A DNA stretch of 54,956 nucleotides, filler included, from Ionaspis alba (lineage: Eukaryota), in assembly GCA_964255285.1 (NCBI GenBank). It is 3 parts of 3 records of this genome, joined end to end, with 100 filler letters (N's around TTAATTAATTAA, not from the genome) between each part and the next. Parts side by side here need not be neighbours in the genome. Positions count along the whole stretch, not along the records: positions 1 to 18,467 come from CAXUUL010000290.1; 2 more parts are not named here. One strand, 5' to 3'. Positions 1 to 12,900 of this stretch are shown here, piece after piece. Both the position numbers and the translations under genes were made by a program. The notes under the pieces were generated by a model. It had not been told where the DNA came from and ran no database searches. It saw only the letters and a list, made by a program, of their open reading frames with translations. How positions within the stretch are numbered: position 1 is the first letter of the stretch; each line of letters starts with the position of its first letter.

Positions 1-736
1 GTGCGGATTTGGTCGTCTTCGTCGTCGGAGTCGGTGGGGTTTTGGGCTTGGGCTTGGGCTTGGGGGTGGTCGGTGGTGGGTCTGGGCTCGTGGGTCTGTG
101 GGTCTGTCAAAGGATTGGAGTCGGAGGGTTGTGGTGGCCCAGGTTTCTCGGTTTCCGGATTTGGAGCGGAGGTAGAGGTTTCGGGATTTGTGACAGCAGC
201 GGCGTCTTCGGAGGAAGGAGGATCGTGGTAGGGTTGGATTACTCCTTCGGCGTTTTTGACGCTGGCGGCTCGGCTTTGGGGAGCGGCTACTCCGCCCGCT
301 GTGGAGAGACCTTCTTCGGCACGAGAGGTCATCCAGGCTTTATATTTGGTGAGAGGGAAGCGTTCGTTGACTTCGTCCATGGTCATCAATTTCTTTTCTC
401 GTCGTCGTCGATGCGCTCTGGGCATTGTGGCGAGATCGATGGGTTCGCCATTTTCGTCTTGACGGGGTTGGCGATTACGGGCATTGTAGCGAAAGCAGTA
501 TTTGACGCCAACGATGATCCTGTAAAGTGATGGCAAATTAGCATGGTTGTTTGGGGCGTCAGTCGATTTTGAGGTGGTGGAATGAGAACGTACCAGAGAT
601 TGGTAAAGACGACACCGAAGCCCAACGCAACGAAGAAAAGCAGCGGTGAGCTCTGAGGCCCACTGCCTTGCCCAGGGACGTTCGTTTGACTCGGTACGAG
701 CGAAGCCGACGATGTCGGAGAAGCGGTCGAAGACAT
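1..736 (-). CDS. Single-pass membrane RING-H2 (ATL-like) domain protein, 3' end outside window
   Basis: Exon 736-594, intron 593-520 (gtacgt...acag) and exon 519-1 give SSPLLFFVALGFGVVFTNLW|IIVGVKYCFRYNARNRQ...RRRREKKLMTMDEVNERFPLTKYKAW. This is the typical N-terminus of a fungal RING finger membrane protein family; the RING domain itself is not in the window. Confidence 0.75.
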
Positions 737-2863
737 GGTGGGAGTGAAAGTCGATTCGCCTACAAGAAGAAAGGCGAGCGAGGTCAGAAAATCAATTCAT
801 CCATGGTTTGGTTATGAGTGGTGAATACCCACCAAGAGCTCTAGCGCTGAGAACGGCTACTTTGACAATATATTCCTCAGGAGTGGCGACCATGAGTAGC
901 GGTGGACAAGGAGGCTATGTTGCATGAACAGGAGTTCCCCGTCACGGACGTCGGAAGTTGGAGAGTGATGGTGGTGGAACTCAAGTTCGAGGGGACAAGT
1001 GTCACCAGAAGGAGAGACCAGGGTCTGCTGTTCCCACCGACTGCTCACCGTGAGAACTGTAGAGATTGACCAACGAGCCAGACCGTCGACGAGATATCCA
1101 AAGATGCCAAAAGTGAGCCTGAGGATATCGAAGTTGATGACGCTCACGACAGAGAGGAGAAGGAATGTCTTGGCCGATATAGCCGACAGGATGGAGGAGG
1201 GTGTGGATGGATGGGTGAGTGACTAAATCGATGCGACGCTATGGAAGAGAGAAGGAAGCGACCCCCTGAAGCGTCTCGCAAATCGAATAAGGCAAAGGTG
1301 AACGGAAGATTCGTGTCGTCGTTAAAGTCGTCAATGGCGATGATGGTGGTGATGAAGAAGGAAGGGCAGGGACGACAGCGTTAAGGTCATAGTGACAGAG
1401 CAATGGCACGTCTCTCTCTCGATCGGGGAGTGGCAGTAGTGGTGGTGGCGGTGGTGGTGGAAGGGGAAGTGAAAGGCAAGTTCAAGGATAGTTGGTTTAG
1501 TTGATCACTTTACTTCCGGCGACACACAGCAGCCTCTAAAGCGAAAAGAGCTCTAGGCTGGAACCTGGTGAGTTGAACAAAGCATCCATGATTCCCTATT
1601 CGACTGCCAATAATAAGTCAGTTCTACGACTTGATGGGTTGTTGTTGTCCATGCAGCCATGCATTCAGGAGACGTGTTGCAGCTTGGTTCTCATGATCAT
1701 GCGAGTCGCCACTCCTCTTCTACACTCATGATGGTCTTCCTCGGATTATGCTGCATCCTCATTACTGGTGTATGTATGGTACTGGTCCATATCCCACTCA
1801 GGTGACAGGCCCGGCTGAAGCATCGGACAATTTATTCGTGCTCGGGTCTCTTCCATTGCCTACGCCTAACTAATGTGCAGATGGCCAAGAACATGGATGA
1901 GGGGACGAAATGCTTCCGTTGCATCTACTTACGAAAAGAGAACAAGAACAACAATACTGATCCTTTGCAATTCCCGCATATTTTTTACAATAATAACGAT
2001 GGCGATGACATATTCAAACGAGTAGAGCAATTATTGCTTGTATGTGCAGCAAGCCTGATATCGCGCCCTTCTTCCCATTTCGTCACACCACCCGCCATGG
2101 GCCTCTCTTATCATGATTGGCACTTCCCTTCTCCCCCGGTCTCACCANNNNNNNNNNNNNNNNNNNNNNNNNNNNNNNNNNNNNNNNNNNNNNNNNNNNN
2201 NNNNNNNNNNNNNNNNNNNNNNNNNNNNNNNNNNNNNNNNNNNNNNNCGCCATGGGCCTCTCTTATCATGATTGGCACTTCCCTTCTCCCCCGGTCTCAC
2301 CATTTATCCACCGAACAATCCGGAATCAGGGAAAGCCACACTATTGTCCCATCCAGGCAATGATCTAATCCACGCTTCCTATCCGAGACATCACAAATCC
2401 TTCCGAATGGCCCATCACTCCCTCCCCGAAGAACCTCTAAACCGTTAATTCCTTCGCAACGAGAACCTCAACTGCACATCACCAGGCCCAAGACCTTCAA
2501 AAACAGGGTGCAGACCTTACGGGCGCTACCACTACTGTTATCGACGCGACGACGCTACGCACGGTACCGTGTTCTAAACAGTCGATCCCAGGGCTCCAGC
2601 CAACGCCACAAGCGGCCGAGAATCAGTGGTTCGGTAATCACCCTTCTCCGACAACCTTGTCGAAAGGATTTAAGCGAATATCAAATCGATTGGAAAAGAA
2701 ACTTTGGGTATGATAGTCCACAGCTGCTATTTTCTGGGTAGAAACTACATACTGTCACCTGTCAATTTACCGGGGAGTGATCGATAGGCTCGGAACGGGT
2801 AGGGAAGTGTGGACGTACTGGCGGCTTGGATTCGTTGGTGTGGAGATTACGAAGAGGGAGGAT

Positions 2864-3920
2864 ATGGCTGAGAAAAAGGCGGCGACGGTGGTGAATCCGG
2901 TTGTGTTCTTCGATATCACGTTGGGAGGTGAGTTTGGATGTGCTTTAATCGTCAAATTTCCCATTTTGAACGCTTCCAAACACCGTTATCGAAGCCTCTA
3001 AATGGTTTGATTTCTTAGATTACTGCCCGCAAAGCACCTGTTTCATCTCCCGTATTGTACCTTAACCGCAATATCTACAATTCAACGTGACATCATATTC
3101 CCATAGGTCGCATTTGTGCAAGCGTTCCGCTCACATCACTTTCATATAATGCCTAACAGCAAAAATGTCCAGGCGAACCTCTCGGCCGTATCAAGATGGA
3201 GCTCTTCGCTGACGTCGTCCCGCGAACCGCCGAGAACTTCCGTCAATTTTGCACAGGAGAGACCAAGAACGATTCAGGGAAACCACGGGGTTACAAGTGG
3301 AGTAAATTTCATCGAGTAGTATGTCTTTCTAATCTTTGATAATCCCATAGCATGTGATCAGCCCTTCGCAAAACTCTACAACTTAAAACAGACTATCACT
3401 TAATGCTGATGTCTTCCAGATACCTAATTTTATGATCCAAGGTGGCGACTTCCTGAGTGGGGACGGTAAAGGCAGTATCTCGATCTACGGCACGAAATTT
3501 GCGGATGAGAACTTCATTCTAAAGCATGATGAAGCCGGCCTTCTCAGCATGGCGGTAAGGCTCCCATACTCGGAGCTGTCTCCATGTGGGGCTTTCTACT
3601 CCCCTCATGATACCTATATCTGCCCACACGCTCGATGCAACCTTCAGCAGCCTCATCTTGCAGTCCTACTCGCTTCCTATTGCTCCTACTTACCCCTCAT
3701 CCACGTTCTTCACTGACAGGCTCCACAGAACTCCGGTCCTGACACCAATGGATGTCAGTTCTTCATCACGACTACCGAAACACCATTCTTGAATAACAAG
3801 CACGTTGTCTTCGGCAAAGTGATCGATGGTATGGATGTTGTCCGCAAGATCGAACACACGCGAACCAAAAACGAGAAGCCTATGAATGATGTTACCGTTA
3901 GCCAGTGTGGGGAAATGTGA
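2864..3920 (+). CDS. PPIH: Peptidyl-prolyl cis-trans isomerase H (cyclophilin H, U4/U6 snRNP-associated)
   Basis: Exons 2864-2927, 3173-3318, 3420-3554 and 3729-3920 give [23 protein letters not shown]...[11 protein letters not shown]...[15 protein letters not shown]...[20 protein letters not shown]...KHVVFGKV...SQCGEM*. The NGCQFF and CGEM motifs fit the CypH subgroup. Confidence 0.88.
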
Positions 3921-4550
3921 GGATAATGCCATGAGAAAAGCGGAACGGGTTACGAACAGCGCAAGCAATGGCCGATCAGGGAGAATTAAGGGTAAAGAGG
4001 TGGAGAGGCGCTGAGAGGGAGTTGTGGCTGACTGTCGGAAAGACACGAGAAGCGAGAACAGCCGGCGGGCTGCGAGGTACCACTCAACGCTAAAGTCGTG
4101 TTAGAGCTTGCAGTGGTCCTAGTTCCTTGGCCTTGTCCTTGTCCTTACAACGTGTCAAGATCGATCGACGACCATGTTTGAGCGAGAGCATAGTCCGACG
4201 AAATTAAGAGTAGTCTAGGAATCTAACAGACGATCTTGTCCCATTCTTGAACAATATACGGTTAATTCAATTGAAGACCTTTATTGAAGCCAAGGAAGAC
4301 TGCTTCTGATCAGCATCAGTGGAACTGTACAGCTTAGCAGGGTCGCTCTCCAACTAGCCCTAAGATCCGCCTAGCGCGGAAGCCTCCCGAATGTTACAAC
4401 TCCTGCCGAACTCACCAAGTGTCTCTTATTGGAGTCAACACAACTAAAAATGTGTTAATGAAAGAAAACTCAGCGCGAACGATGTTCGCTCGTCCCTGAC
4501 ATGCAAGGATAAAACCTCCACATGGACGGTTTCAATTTGTTGAGAGAGCA

Positions 4551-6380
4551 ATGACCAATTTTCTCAAAGCGATTCGCCTATATCTTATACCGAATACTCG
4601 CCCAAGGTTGACCAATACTCGTAAACAATTATCAATCACTTCTCGTGGTATGGAGCCTCAAATCCTTATAAGGTTGTCACACCACTGACCACTCCAGGCA
4701 AATCCATACAACTCATCGATCTTTTCAACTACACAAATGGCCACTTCCTGATTCATGAAGAATACCAACTCTCCAGACGCTATGTGCGCTTCAATGTGCC
4801 AGAACTATGTTCTGTGGTCAGTTCAATTGCTGGAAATGACAATTCACCAGTCTGCCACATCGACAAGATGGAAGGCGGATTCAATAAGGCGCTACTAATG
4901 AAATTGGAGAATGGGAAAGAGGTCATAGTCAAGATCCCGTGTGCTATTGCCGGACCGCCCGTACGCTCTACGGCTTCGGAGGTGGCTGTTTTGGAATATG
5001 GTAAGTAACATCAAAGTACAGTGACAGCGCATTGACTAAGAGGAGTCCGCTAGTGAGGTCACACACTACGGTCCCAGTTCCCAAGGTTCTGGCTTGGTGT
5101 TCGAATGCTACAAATCCTGTAGGCGTGGAGTATATTATCATGGAGAAATCTGAGGGAGTTCAGCTATTCAATCTTTGGGAGGACATGAAGGGACCGCAAC
5201 GGCTTGGCCTTATCGAGAATCTCACGAAACTGGAAGCCCAATTGAGCGCTATACACTTTCCAGCCTATGGAGATCTTTACTTCCGGAAATCTGTGCCAGC
5301 GAAGTCATGTGTGATCCTTGATTCAAGTCTCGATCCTGCGGGCTTGTATTGCATTGGTCCGGCAGCTGATAGAGCTTGGTATGACGAAGAGCGAGCGTTC
5401 CAGACACATCCAGCCAACTTGGGTCCCTGTACGTGTCGTTGATGGCTTGAGAGGTGTCCGCTATGTACGCTGACTAGTCTTGCGCTCTAGGGTCATCTCT
5501 GCATAATTATGGTGCAGCTTTTACCGACCGGAGTGTCTGGCGATCCTCTTTACGTGAAGCACCAATTCCAACGCGGAAACCGCCGCATCACGGTAACTGT
5601 CACGATCACGAATCTCTATTGAACATAGCCCAAATCATGCTAGCTGATGTATCGTCACTACCGATTCTCCAACGCAGCTCTCAGCCGGTGCTATGGCACA
5701 AGGATCTTCACATGGGCAACATTTTCGTCTCGGAGAAAGACCCAACCGAAATAGTAGGGTTGATAGACTGGCAGTCGACAACCATAGCGCCACTATTCCT
5801 GCAAGCACGATTTCCGATCTTTCTCGAACCACCTGAAGGTTATCAGCGTGGACTTCACCTCCCCAAGCTACCCGAGAACTTCGAAGAGCTAGATGCCGAC
5901 GACAAAGACATAGCCACGGAAGAGAACGTCCGAGCTTTGAACTCCAAGGCATACGAAGTGAGCACCTGTCGACAGAACGACGACACCTTTGTCGCTCTAC
6001 GGGTCCCACCAGCTCTACGAGAGCTGTTCCTTTGCTGCGGCGATACAGCCGACCATGGGATCGTTCCTCTCCGCGAATGCTTGGTTGACCTGTGTCGTGA
6101 CTGGGGGAGACTTGGTACGGGCACTGAATGTCCCTACGTTTTCACAGACGAAGAAATCTCAACTCACGCGCAGGAGCTTGCTGATCACAACGAGTGGTAT
6201 GAGGTACAAGACCTTGTGCGAAAAGCGCTTCAGACCGATGACGATGGGTGGATATCACCCGAAGTAGATTGGGACGCGAAGAAGGCACGGAACAAGGCGC
6301 TTTTCGAGATGTTTGTGGAAATGAAAGCGTCGACGATGTCTCGGGAAAAGGCGCTGGGATTGTGGCCATTTCCTGTCTGA
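4551..6380 (+). CDS. APH/choline-kinase-like phosphotransferase (Aim9-like family)
   Basis: The spliced product (3 introns) contains DLFNYTNGHFL...RYVRFNV, KMEGGFNKALL, TASEVAVLEY, VPVPKVLAW, GVEYIIMEK, the catalytic LWHKDLHMGNIFV and IDWQ. The start codon at 4551 is inferred. Confidence 0.85.
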
Positions 6381-6683
6381 TAAAATGCGGCGGTAGCCAT
6401 AATCTTAAGGAGTGTCACATTGGAGAAACAAGTAGGTTTAGACTCTGGAGTTAAGGCATAGCAGAAATGGTGTTAGGGCTCCGGCGGATATCTCGCTTAT
6501 TTTGCCGCTAGCTCTATGGCTCTTGGCGGAGTTCTCCAGTTGATTAATTACGTCTCCCCTTCTCATAGAATATCAGCTGTCAACCCCATGCAACCTCTTT
6601 TGTAGACGCGGTTCCACCTTTACTGTGACTGGCCTTATCAAAGGGTTCTCGCATCGAATCTGACTGCTGCTATAAGCATCAAT

Positions 6684-8871
6684 ATGGGTCACTTAATCAC
6701 TCTTGCTACATGGTGATTCACCTTGCCAGATGATCTGACATGAATGAAATCTGACTCCAGATAGTTCTCTGAACCAATGGGCTCTTGACTTTGAGGGTAA
6801 TGCCCAGCGCATCATTGAAAGCATCATACAAGCCAAAGCCGCTGGAGCGACTCTAAGAGTCGGTCCTGAGTTAGAAATTACTGGCTACGGCTGTCTCGAC
6901 CATTATTTGGAAGGTGATACATTCCTACATTCTTGGGAGATGCTTGCCAAGATCTTGGATCATCCAGAGACGGAGGACATTTTACTAGATATTGGTATGC
7001 CAGTCAGGCACCGGAACGTGAGGTACAATTGTCGTGTGCTGGCACTGAATCGAAAGATCCTTTTGATTAGACCGAAGATGTGGTTGGCCAATGATGGGAA
7101 CTACCGTGAGCTACGATATTTTACCCCATGGAATCGACCTCGGTATGTTGAGCACTACTATCTGGAGTCAATCGTGGGTGCTGTGACAGGGCAACGCGGA
7201 GTTCCATTTGGAGACGCCGTGATTAGCACCAAGGACACTTGCGTGGGTGCCGAGACTTGTGAAGAACTATTCACGCCAAACCCTCCGCATGCACAGATGG
7301 GTCTCAACGGGGTCGAGATATTTACCAATTCTAGCGGAAGCCATCACGAGTTGCGCAAGCTCAATACCCGCGTCAACCTCATCCTGGAAGCAACAAGGAA
7401 GGCTGGTGGGATCTACCTCTACGCAAATCAGCAAGGCTGTGATGGAGACCGGCTGTACTACGATGGCTGTGCTATGATCATTATCAACGGCGAGGTCGTA
7501 GCGCAAGGATCTCAGTTCTCTCTGAACGATGTTGAGGTGGTCACTGCTACCGTCGACCTTGAAGAAGTCCGGTCCTTCCGGTGCTCTACAAGTCGGGGAA
7601 TGCAAGCTAATCAGACGGAAGCCTATGAACGCATCGAAGCAGACTTCAGACTATCTCGAACTGGTGAAGAGCTTGATCCTCTGGTCCGACCATCAGATAA
7701 GATCCAAGCACACTATCATAGCCCAGAAGAGGAGATCAGTCTTAGTCCAGCATGCTGGCTCTGGGACTATCTTCGCCGGTGTGGTGCAGCGGGGTTTTTT
7801 ATTCCTCTTTCTGGAGGTATCGATAGCTGTGCAACTGCAACGATGGTATTTTCTATGTGCCGACAGGTTGTTCAAGCTGTTTCCGAAGGTAACCAACAGG
7901 TTATCAAAGACGTCCGAAGAGTATGCGGAGAGCCTGAAGACTCAAAGTGGTTACCGAGCACACCTCAAGATGTCTGCAGTCGTGTGTTTCACACGTGCTT
8001 CATGGGGACGACGAATTCCTCCAAGGAGACTCGGGGCAGAGCAAAGGAGTTGGCAATGCACATTGGCGCCTATCACATTGACCTGAACATAGATACCGTG
8101 GTCACGGCGCTCACCAATCTGTTCTCTCTTGTTACCAATTTCCGACCACGGTTCAAAGTCCACGGCGGCAGTCCTACCGAGAACCTCGCTCTTCAAAACA
8201 TCCAAGCACGACTGCGCATGGTAACAGCATATCTCTTCGCGCAACTCCTACCAATAGTACGAAAGCGGCGAAATGGCGGCTCGCTTCTGGTGCTTGGGTC
8301 TGCCAACGTCGACGAGAGTCTCCGCGGGTATCTAACGAAATATGATTGCAGTTCCGCAGACATCAACCCGATTGGCGGCATCTCAAAAACAGATCTAAAA
8401 TCCTTCATCCGATGGGCCCAAGAAGAATTCGGACTCGAGGTACTCGGCTCCTTCCTCGACGCAGTTCCCACCGCCGAGCTCGAGCCCATCACCGCAGACT
8501 ACGTACAAAGCGACGAAGTCGACATGGGTATGACCTACGAAGAGCTGAGCGTCTTCGGGCGCCTGAGAAAAGTGGCAAAACTAGGTCCTTATGGAATGTA
8601 CGAGAAGCTGTTGCACGAGTGGTCGCATCGATTATCCCCTCGCGAGATCTACGAGAAGACGCGGAGGTTTTTCTACTACTATGCCATCAATAGACACAAG
8701 ATGACGGTGCTTACACCGAGTCTGCATATGGAACAATATTCGCCGGATATCAATCTTTTCAACCATACACCATTTCTGTATCCGTCGTTCTCGTGGCCGT
8801 ATAAGAAGATGGAGGAGAATGTTCTGTTGTGGGAGGCCAGGGCGTGGAAGAAGGTGGTCAAGGCTGATTGA
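6684..8871 (+). CDS. QNS1: Glutamine-dependent NAD+ synthetase
   Basis: [22 protein letters not shown] (one intron, about 6713-6764). Nitrilase-type glutaminase motifs [23 protein letters not shown] and ETCEELF are followed by synthetase motifs [31 protein letters not shown] and PTAELEP. Confidence 0.97.
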
Positions 8872-9906
8872 GACGATTGTGGGGTCGGTTCTTTTTGAAC
8901 TCATCGACCTCCGGGCCTCTTGCCGCTGCCGCCTCGTCAGAAGAGTTGATTTCATGCCGTGATCCGGTATTGGGTGCTTGCACTACGGTGCCTTGACACA
9001 GTGGCATCATTGATGACAGCCAATTTGCCGTTGATCATCAGAGTAAGCTGCATTCTGGCGGTTGGTCTTTACTCTTGACTCCACAAGCGACAGTCGCCGA
9101 GCATGTCAAGCTGGAGCTGTCTGTGCATTACTCGTCGATCAAAGTTGGCTCGCCTGCCAAATTAGATGATAATCCTCTTAAGACAACGAAAACTTCTGTG
9201 CCTGGTATGTTCGTGCCAATATTTACGGCAAGGCGATGTTTGGTTCAGATGCTATCAAGATACCAGCACGAGCCTCAACGAACTTGAAAAATGCCATGTG
9301 ACAAAGTAAATTTTACGCACATTGAGCCCTTGATTGATGCCTAAAGTATGGATCATAGTGTATTTCCAACAAATACAAGACCTAAATCAACAATAGATAT
9401 CTCGTAGAAAGCTTCCCATTCTTTTCGCCAGCTCCAGGAGTCAAGACGCCACGGCTGTCAAGCTCTATTTCCCTAAACCGTTGCAGTCTTTCCTTTTTGG
9501 AAGTCCTGCATCATGTATCTCTTAAGATGTTCTCCCCTCTTGCTCCCTTGACCGTCTGCCTTCTCGGACTGGCCCTCAACACTATCGGCTCTTCGGGTAA
9601 TTGGGGTCTGCAAATGGTCACCTCGAGAGAGTATGATCATCTCTCTAGATCGTCAATGCCTATGAATATATTGATTCCCCACGGGGAAGACTCGAACATT
9701 GGTTTTCCACCTTGTAAGCTCGAATACGACCAGGGAAATATCAATGAGGTAGCCTGGTTGTTAGCGACTCCCAGGTAATGCCGCCACTCGATACCAGTTA
9801 TATCCAGCTTGTGTAGCCGATCGAGGTCTCTTGAACAAAACGCGTTTGTTCAAACAGAGCATGTTTTTCGAGAAGCTCTTCTTTAGAGCCCGTAGAGGAG
9901 CTGAGC

Positions 9907-12900
9907 TCAACGAGGCGCGAATTTACCCCCCTCCATGTAATCGCGTAGTAGCTTGATGACATTCTCACATTCACGTCTTTTCTCGTCGGGGTGCCAAAGA
10001 AACGAGGCCCCTGCCTCTGCAAGGAAGAGCGGCGTATCACCGTCCTCGTCTTGGGCCAGCACGTTAGCACCATTCTCCAACAGTACTCGGGCAGCGGCAT
10101 AACGACCACTTTCTGCAGCACGGTGCAAAGGTGTCCTTTTCTTGACGCCCTTCGATTCTGCATCAGCCCCAGCCGAAAGTAGCATATGCACAGAAACCTC
10201 GTCACCTCTTTCAGCAGCCACGGAGAGAGGAGTTTCCATCGACTTGCCTGGCAGGTCCATTGTAGTTCCTTCTATGATAAGCTTCTGTACCAAGTCGCTT
10301 TGACGATCATACACCGCCGTTTGTAGCTCAACAACCCTTCGGCACTTCATCCTCGTCGTTGTCCCTAGATTGCAACGCCTGATCAAGAGCTCCAAGATCT
10401 CTGGTTCCCTAGCAGCCGCTGCTTGTTCACAAATCTCGTCCGTGACAAGACATTCCCCGCCTCGATCCAACAGCAGTGCTGTCACTCCGAGGCTGTTACC
10501 GAAATTCCTTATCGCCAATTTAAGCATTGTGGAACTGACTATCATTGTTCTGTCGTAGCTGAAAAAGAACTTTACCTGCTCCCTAGTGCCATACAATGCC
10601 AGTGCTTCAGCAATCTCGCGTGTGACTCTGATGATCTTCGATCGATAAAGGAGCATTTCCATTATCTTTGGTCCGTCATAACGTTCCCTGAGAACAGCTG
10701 CGATTATTCGTTCCGTGATCTCGATAGCGCCGCTCCGATCTAACAGCAGTTCCATTATCTCCAGTCCTTCGTAATCGTTACCAGCTGCAGCGATCATCAA
10801 GTCTTCGATGACGTTAATCTGAAACCGTTCGATGATTTCGATAGCGCCGCTCCGATCTAACAACAATTCGATTATCTCCAATCCTTGGCCCTCATTACCA
10901 GCTGCAGCGATCATCAAGTCTTCGGTGACGTTGATCTCAAACCGATCTTGCAAGGACGCAACTAGCTTCGCGCCACAATGCCCATTTTTGGTTGCTGCCA
11001 TTAACACCTTTTCCACGAGGTGAGCTTCTGCGCATTGATCAAGGGTTGCCACTGTCGTTGAGTGGTTGCAACCCGCATCACTCGCTGCCTCGACAAGCAT
11101 CTCAGTCGTGATCTTGAATTTGACGTCATTATCGTCGAGGAGCTTGATCATCGCTTCGCCGCCATCGGAATCGTCATCATGGAGTAGTCCCTGCATCGTT
11201 GTCTCCGTTATGTTGATCTTGAGACCTCGTGCTAATGCCAACTCCAGCTTCCTTCTTCTGTCATGCGGACTCTCTAACAACGCCTCCACCACGTTGTCTG
11301 TCATAATGGCTCCTCGATCGCATAACAGTTGCACCATTTCCACCGAACCTTCCGAAACTGCTTCCATCATCACGGCATCACTGATAAATCCGCCACGTTG
11401 CAGTAGCCATAATAAGTTGTCTTCACCCCACTCCCTGTTACAGGTTGCGGCTTTCATGATTGCCTCTGTGATCTCCACCTTGCCGCCTTGATCGATCAGC
11501 ACTTGCAACGACTCTGTATCGGCTTTCCATGCTGCCCATTCCAGTACTCCCGTTGTCACATTGTCGCACTTACAACGTCGGACGACTTCACGTATACATC
11601 CTTTGTTCATGTAGCTGCCCAGGTCGAATAATAAGCTTTCCGTTATTTCATAGCCAGTAGCTGCATCCAGAAGCATTGTCAATATTTCCGTCGTGTCGTT
11701 GACCACTGCTGAATGAATAAGGTCTTCTGTGATCAACACCTTCGGTCTTCGATTCAAAATACGTCGTACCATGTCTTCGTGTCCGTGGTCTATGGCCCCT
11801 TGCAATAAGCTTGTAGTTACTGCGTCGCCTGCGCCACGATTCAAGAGCAGTGTCGCTAAGTCATTGTCTGATTCATACATTGCGGATTTTATTACGTCTT
11901 CGGAGACTTGGAAGTCTTTGTCTTGATCAAGGAGGAACGATACCACTTCTTTCCTCCTTTTCCGCACTGCCAATGAGAGGACAGCTTCAGTGTTCTGTGG
12001 TGTTCCATATCTATCAGACAATAGAGCCAATACCTCCTTCTCCTTCGTTCCCGACTCATTCAACTTTAGATGCTCAAGTATGATCTCCTCGGAACTTTCC
12101 GTCCCGTCATCTAGATTGAATAGCATTTGCAAGATGTCAGTCCGCCCGGTTTTCATCGCAGCCAGAAGCCCCGCTCGCCTCAGGTCGGATGGTATGTCGA
12201 CCTGAGCTAAGAAGATGTTGAGAATCTCGCAGAGCCCATATGTGCAGGCGACAAGATAAGTTCTGGCTGACGCGTTGTGAAAGAATATTAATAGGAATCT
12301 TAAGCGTTCAAAGTAATCCTCCTTATGCCACGACTTGCTCCAGTCGTCATCACAATATGTCTCAGCCCAGGTGGACAATGGTGATTCGGCTTCAGGCATC
12401 TCGTCATCCAATGTGGCGGATAAGAAGAAAGTCAGCAATTTCGTCAACGGGTCGTCGAATCGCTCTTCGCCCGCTTCTGAACAATGTGGTCCCCACCATC
12501 CAGCAGCGTACTCGTATACCGCTTTCTGAGTTGCTGACATTTCCATCATTTGGGCTTGCGAAGCAAATGTCCGACATCCTTGGATATCGAATTGCTTTGC
12601 TCCTTGAAGACTGGAGCTGCCGATAAGCACTCGCAAGCATATTTCAGCAGCCAAAGCGTTAGAAGCCTTCGGTAAAAACTCTTCCTGTTCCTCTAAGAAT
12701 TCTCTTACCGACAGGTGAGTAAATCGTAAAACATCGAGTTCTGTGTCAAAGGCGACAAAGCTACCACAGCTATCTTGAACTTCATCCTTGCTGAAGTCTT
12801 GACCTGATGTGGTCGAGCCGAAAGATAGCGCGTAGAGGAAATCCGCGCTTTTCAAGGGATCCCGAGCGCATAAAAGCCACTTGAAGGTGTGCTGTACGAG

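Noticed and set aside
857..1500. Short ORFs and purine-rich tracts upstream of the RING gene
   Set aside because: The ORFs have non-ATG starts and no recognisable motifs. The CT-rich minus strand is ordinary fungal promoter or 5'-UTR sequence.
1997..2063. Possible box C/D snoRNA (gcgatga...ctga with a short terminal stem)
   Set aside because: The C box is imperfect, there are no clear C'/D' boxes, and I could not match the guide to an rRNA or snRNA target. It would need snoscan or Rfam support.
2093..2302. Exact 55-bp direct repeats flanking 100-N gaps (also 33805-34014 and 52129-52338)
   Set aside because: The length is 55 nt at all three gaps, and removing the gap plus one copy restores the reading frame in the two coding cases. 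These are unmerged k-mer overlaps from assembly, not target-site duplications or real repeats.
9480..9900. Branch/acceptor-like gctaacaaccag on the minus strand and short frames downstream of the NLR, considered as a possible effector gene
   Set aside because: No coherent multi-exon protein or known effector motif (HeLo, gasdermin, amyloid) could be assembled.
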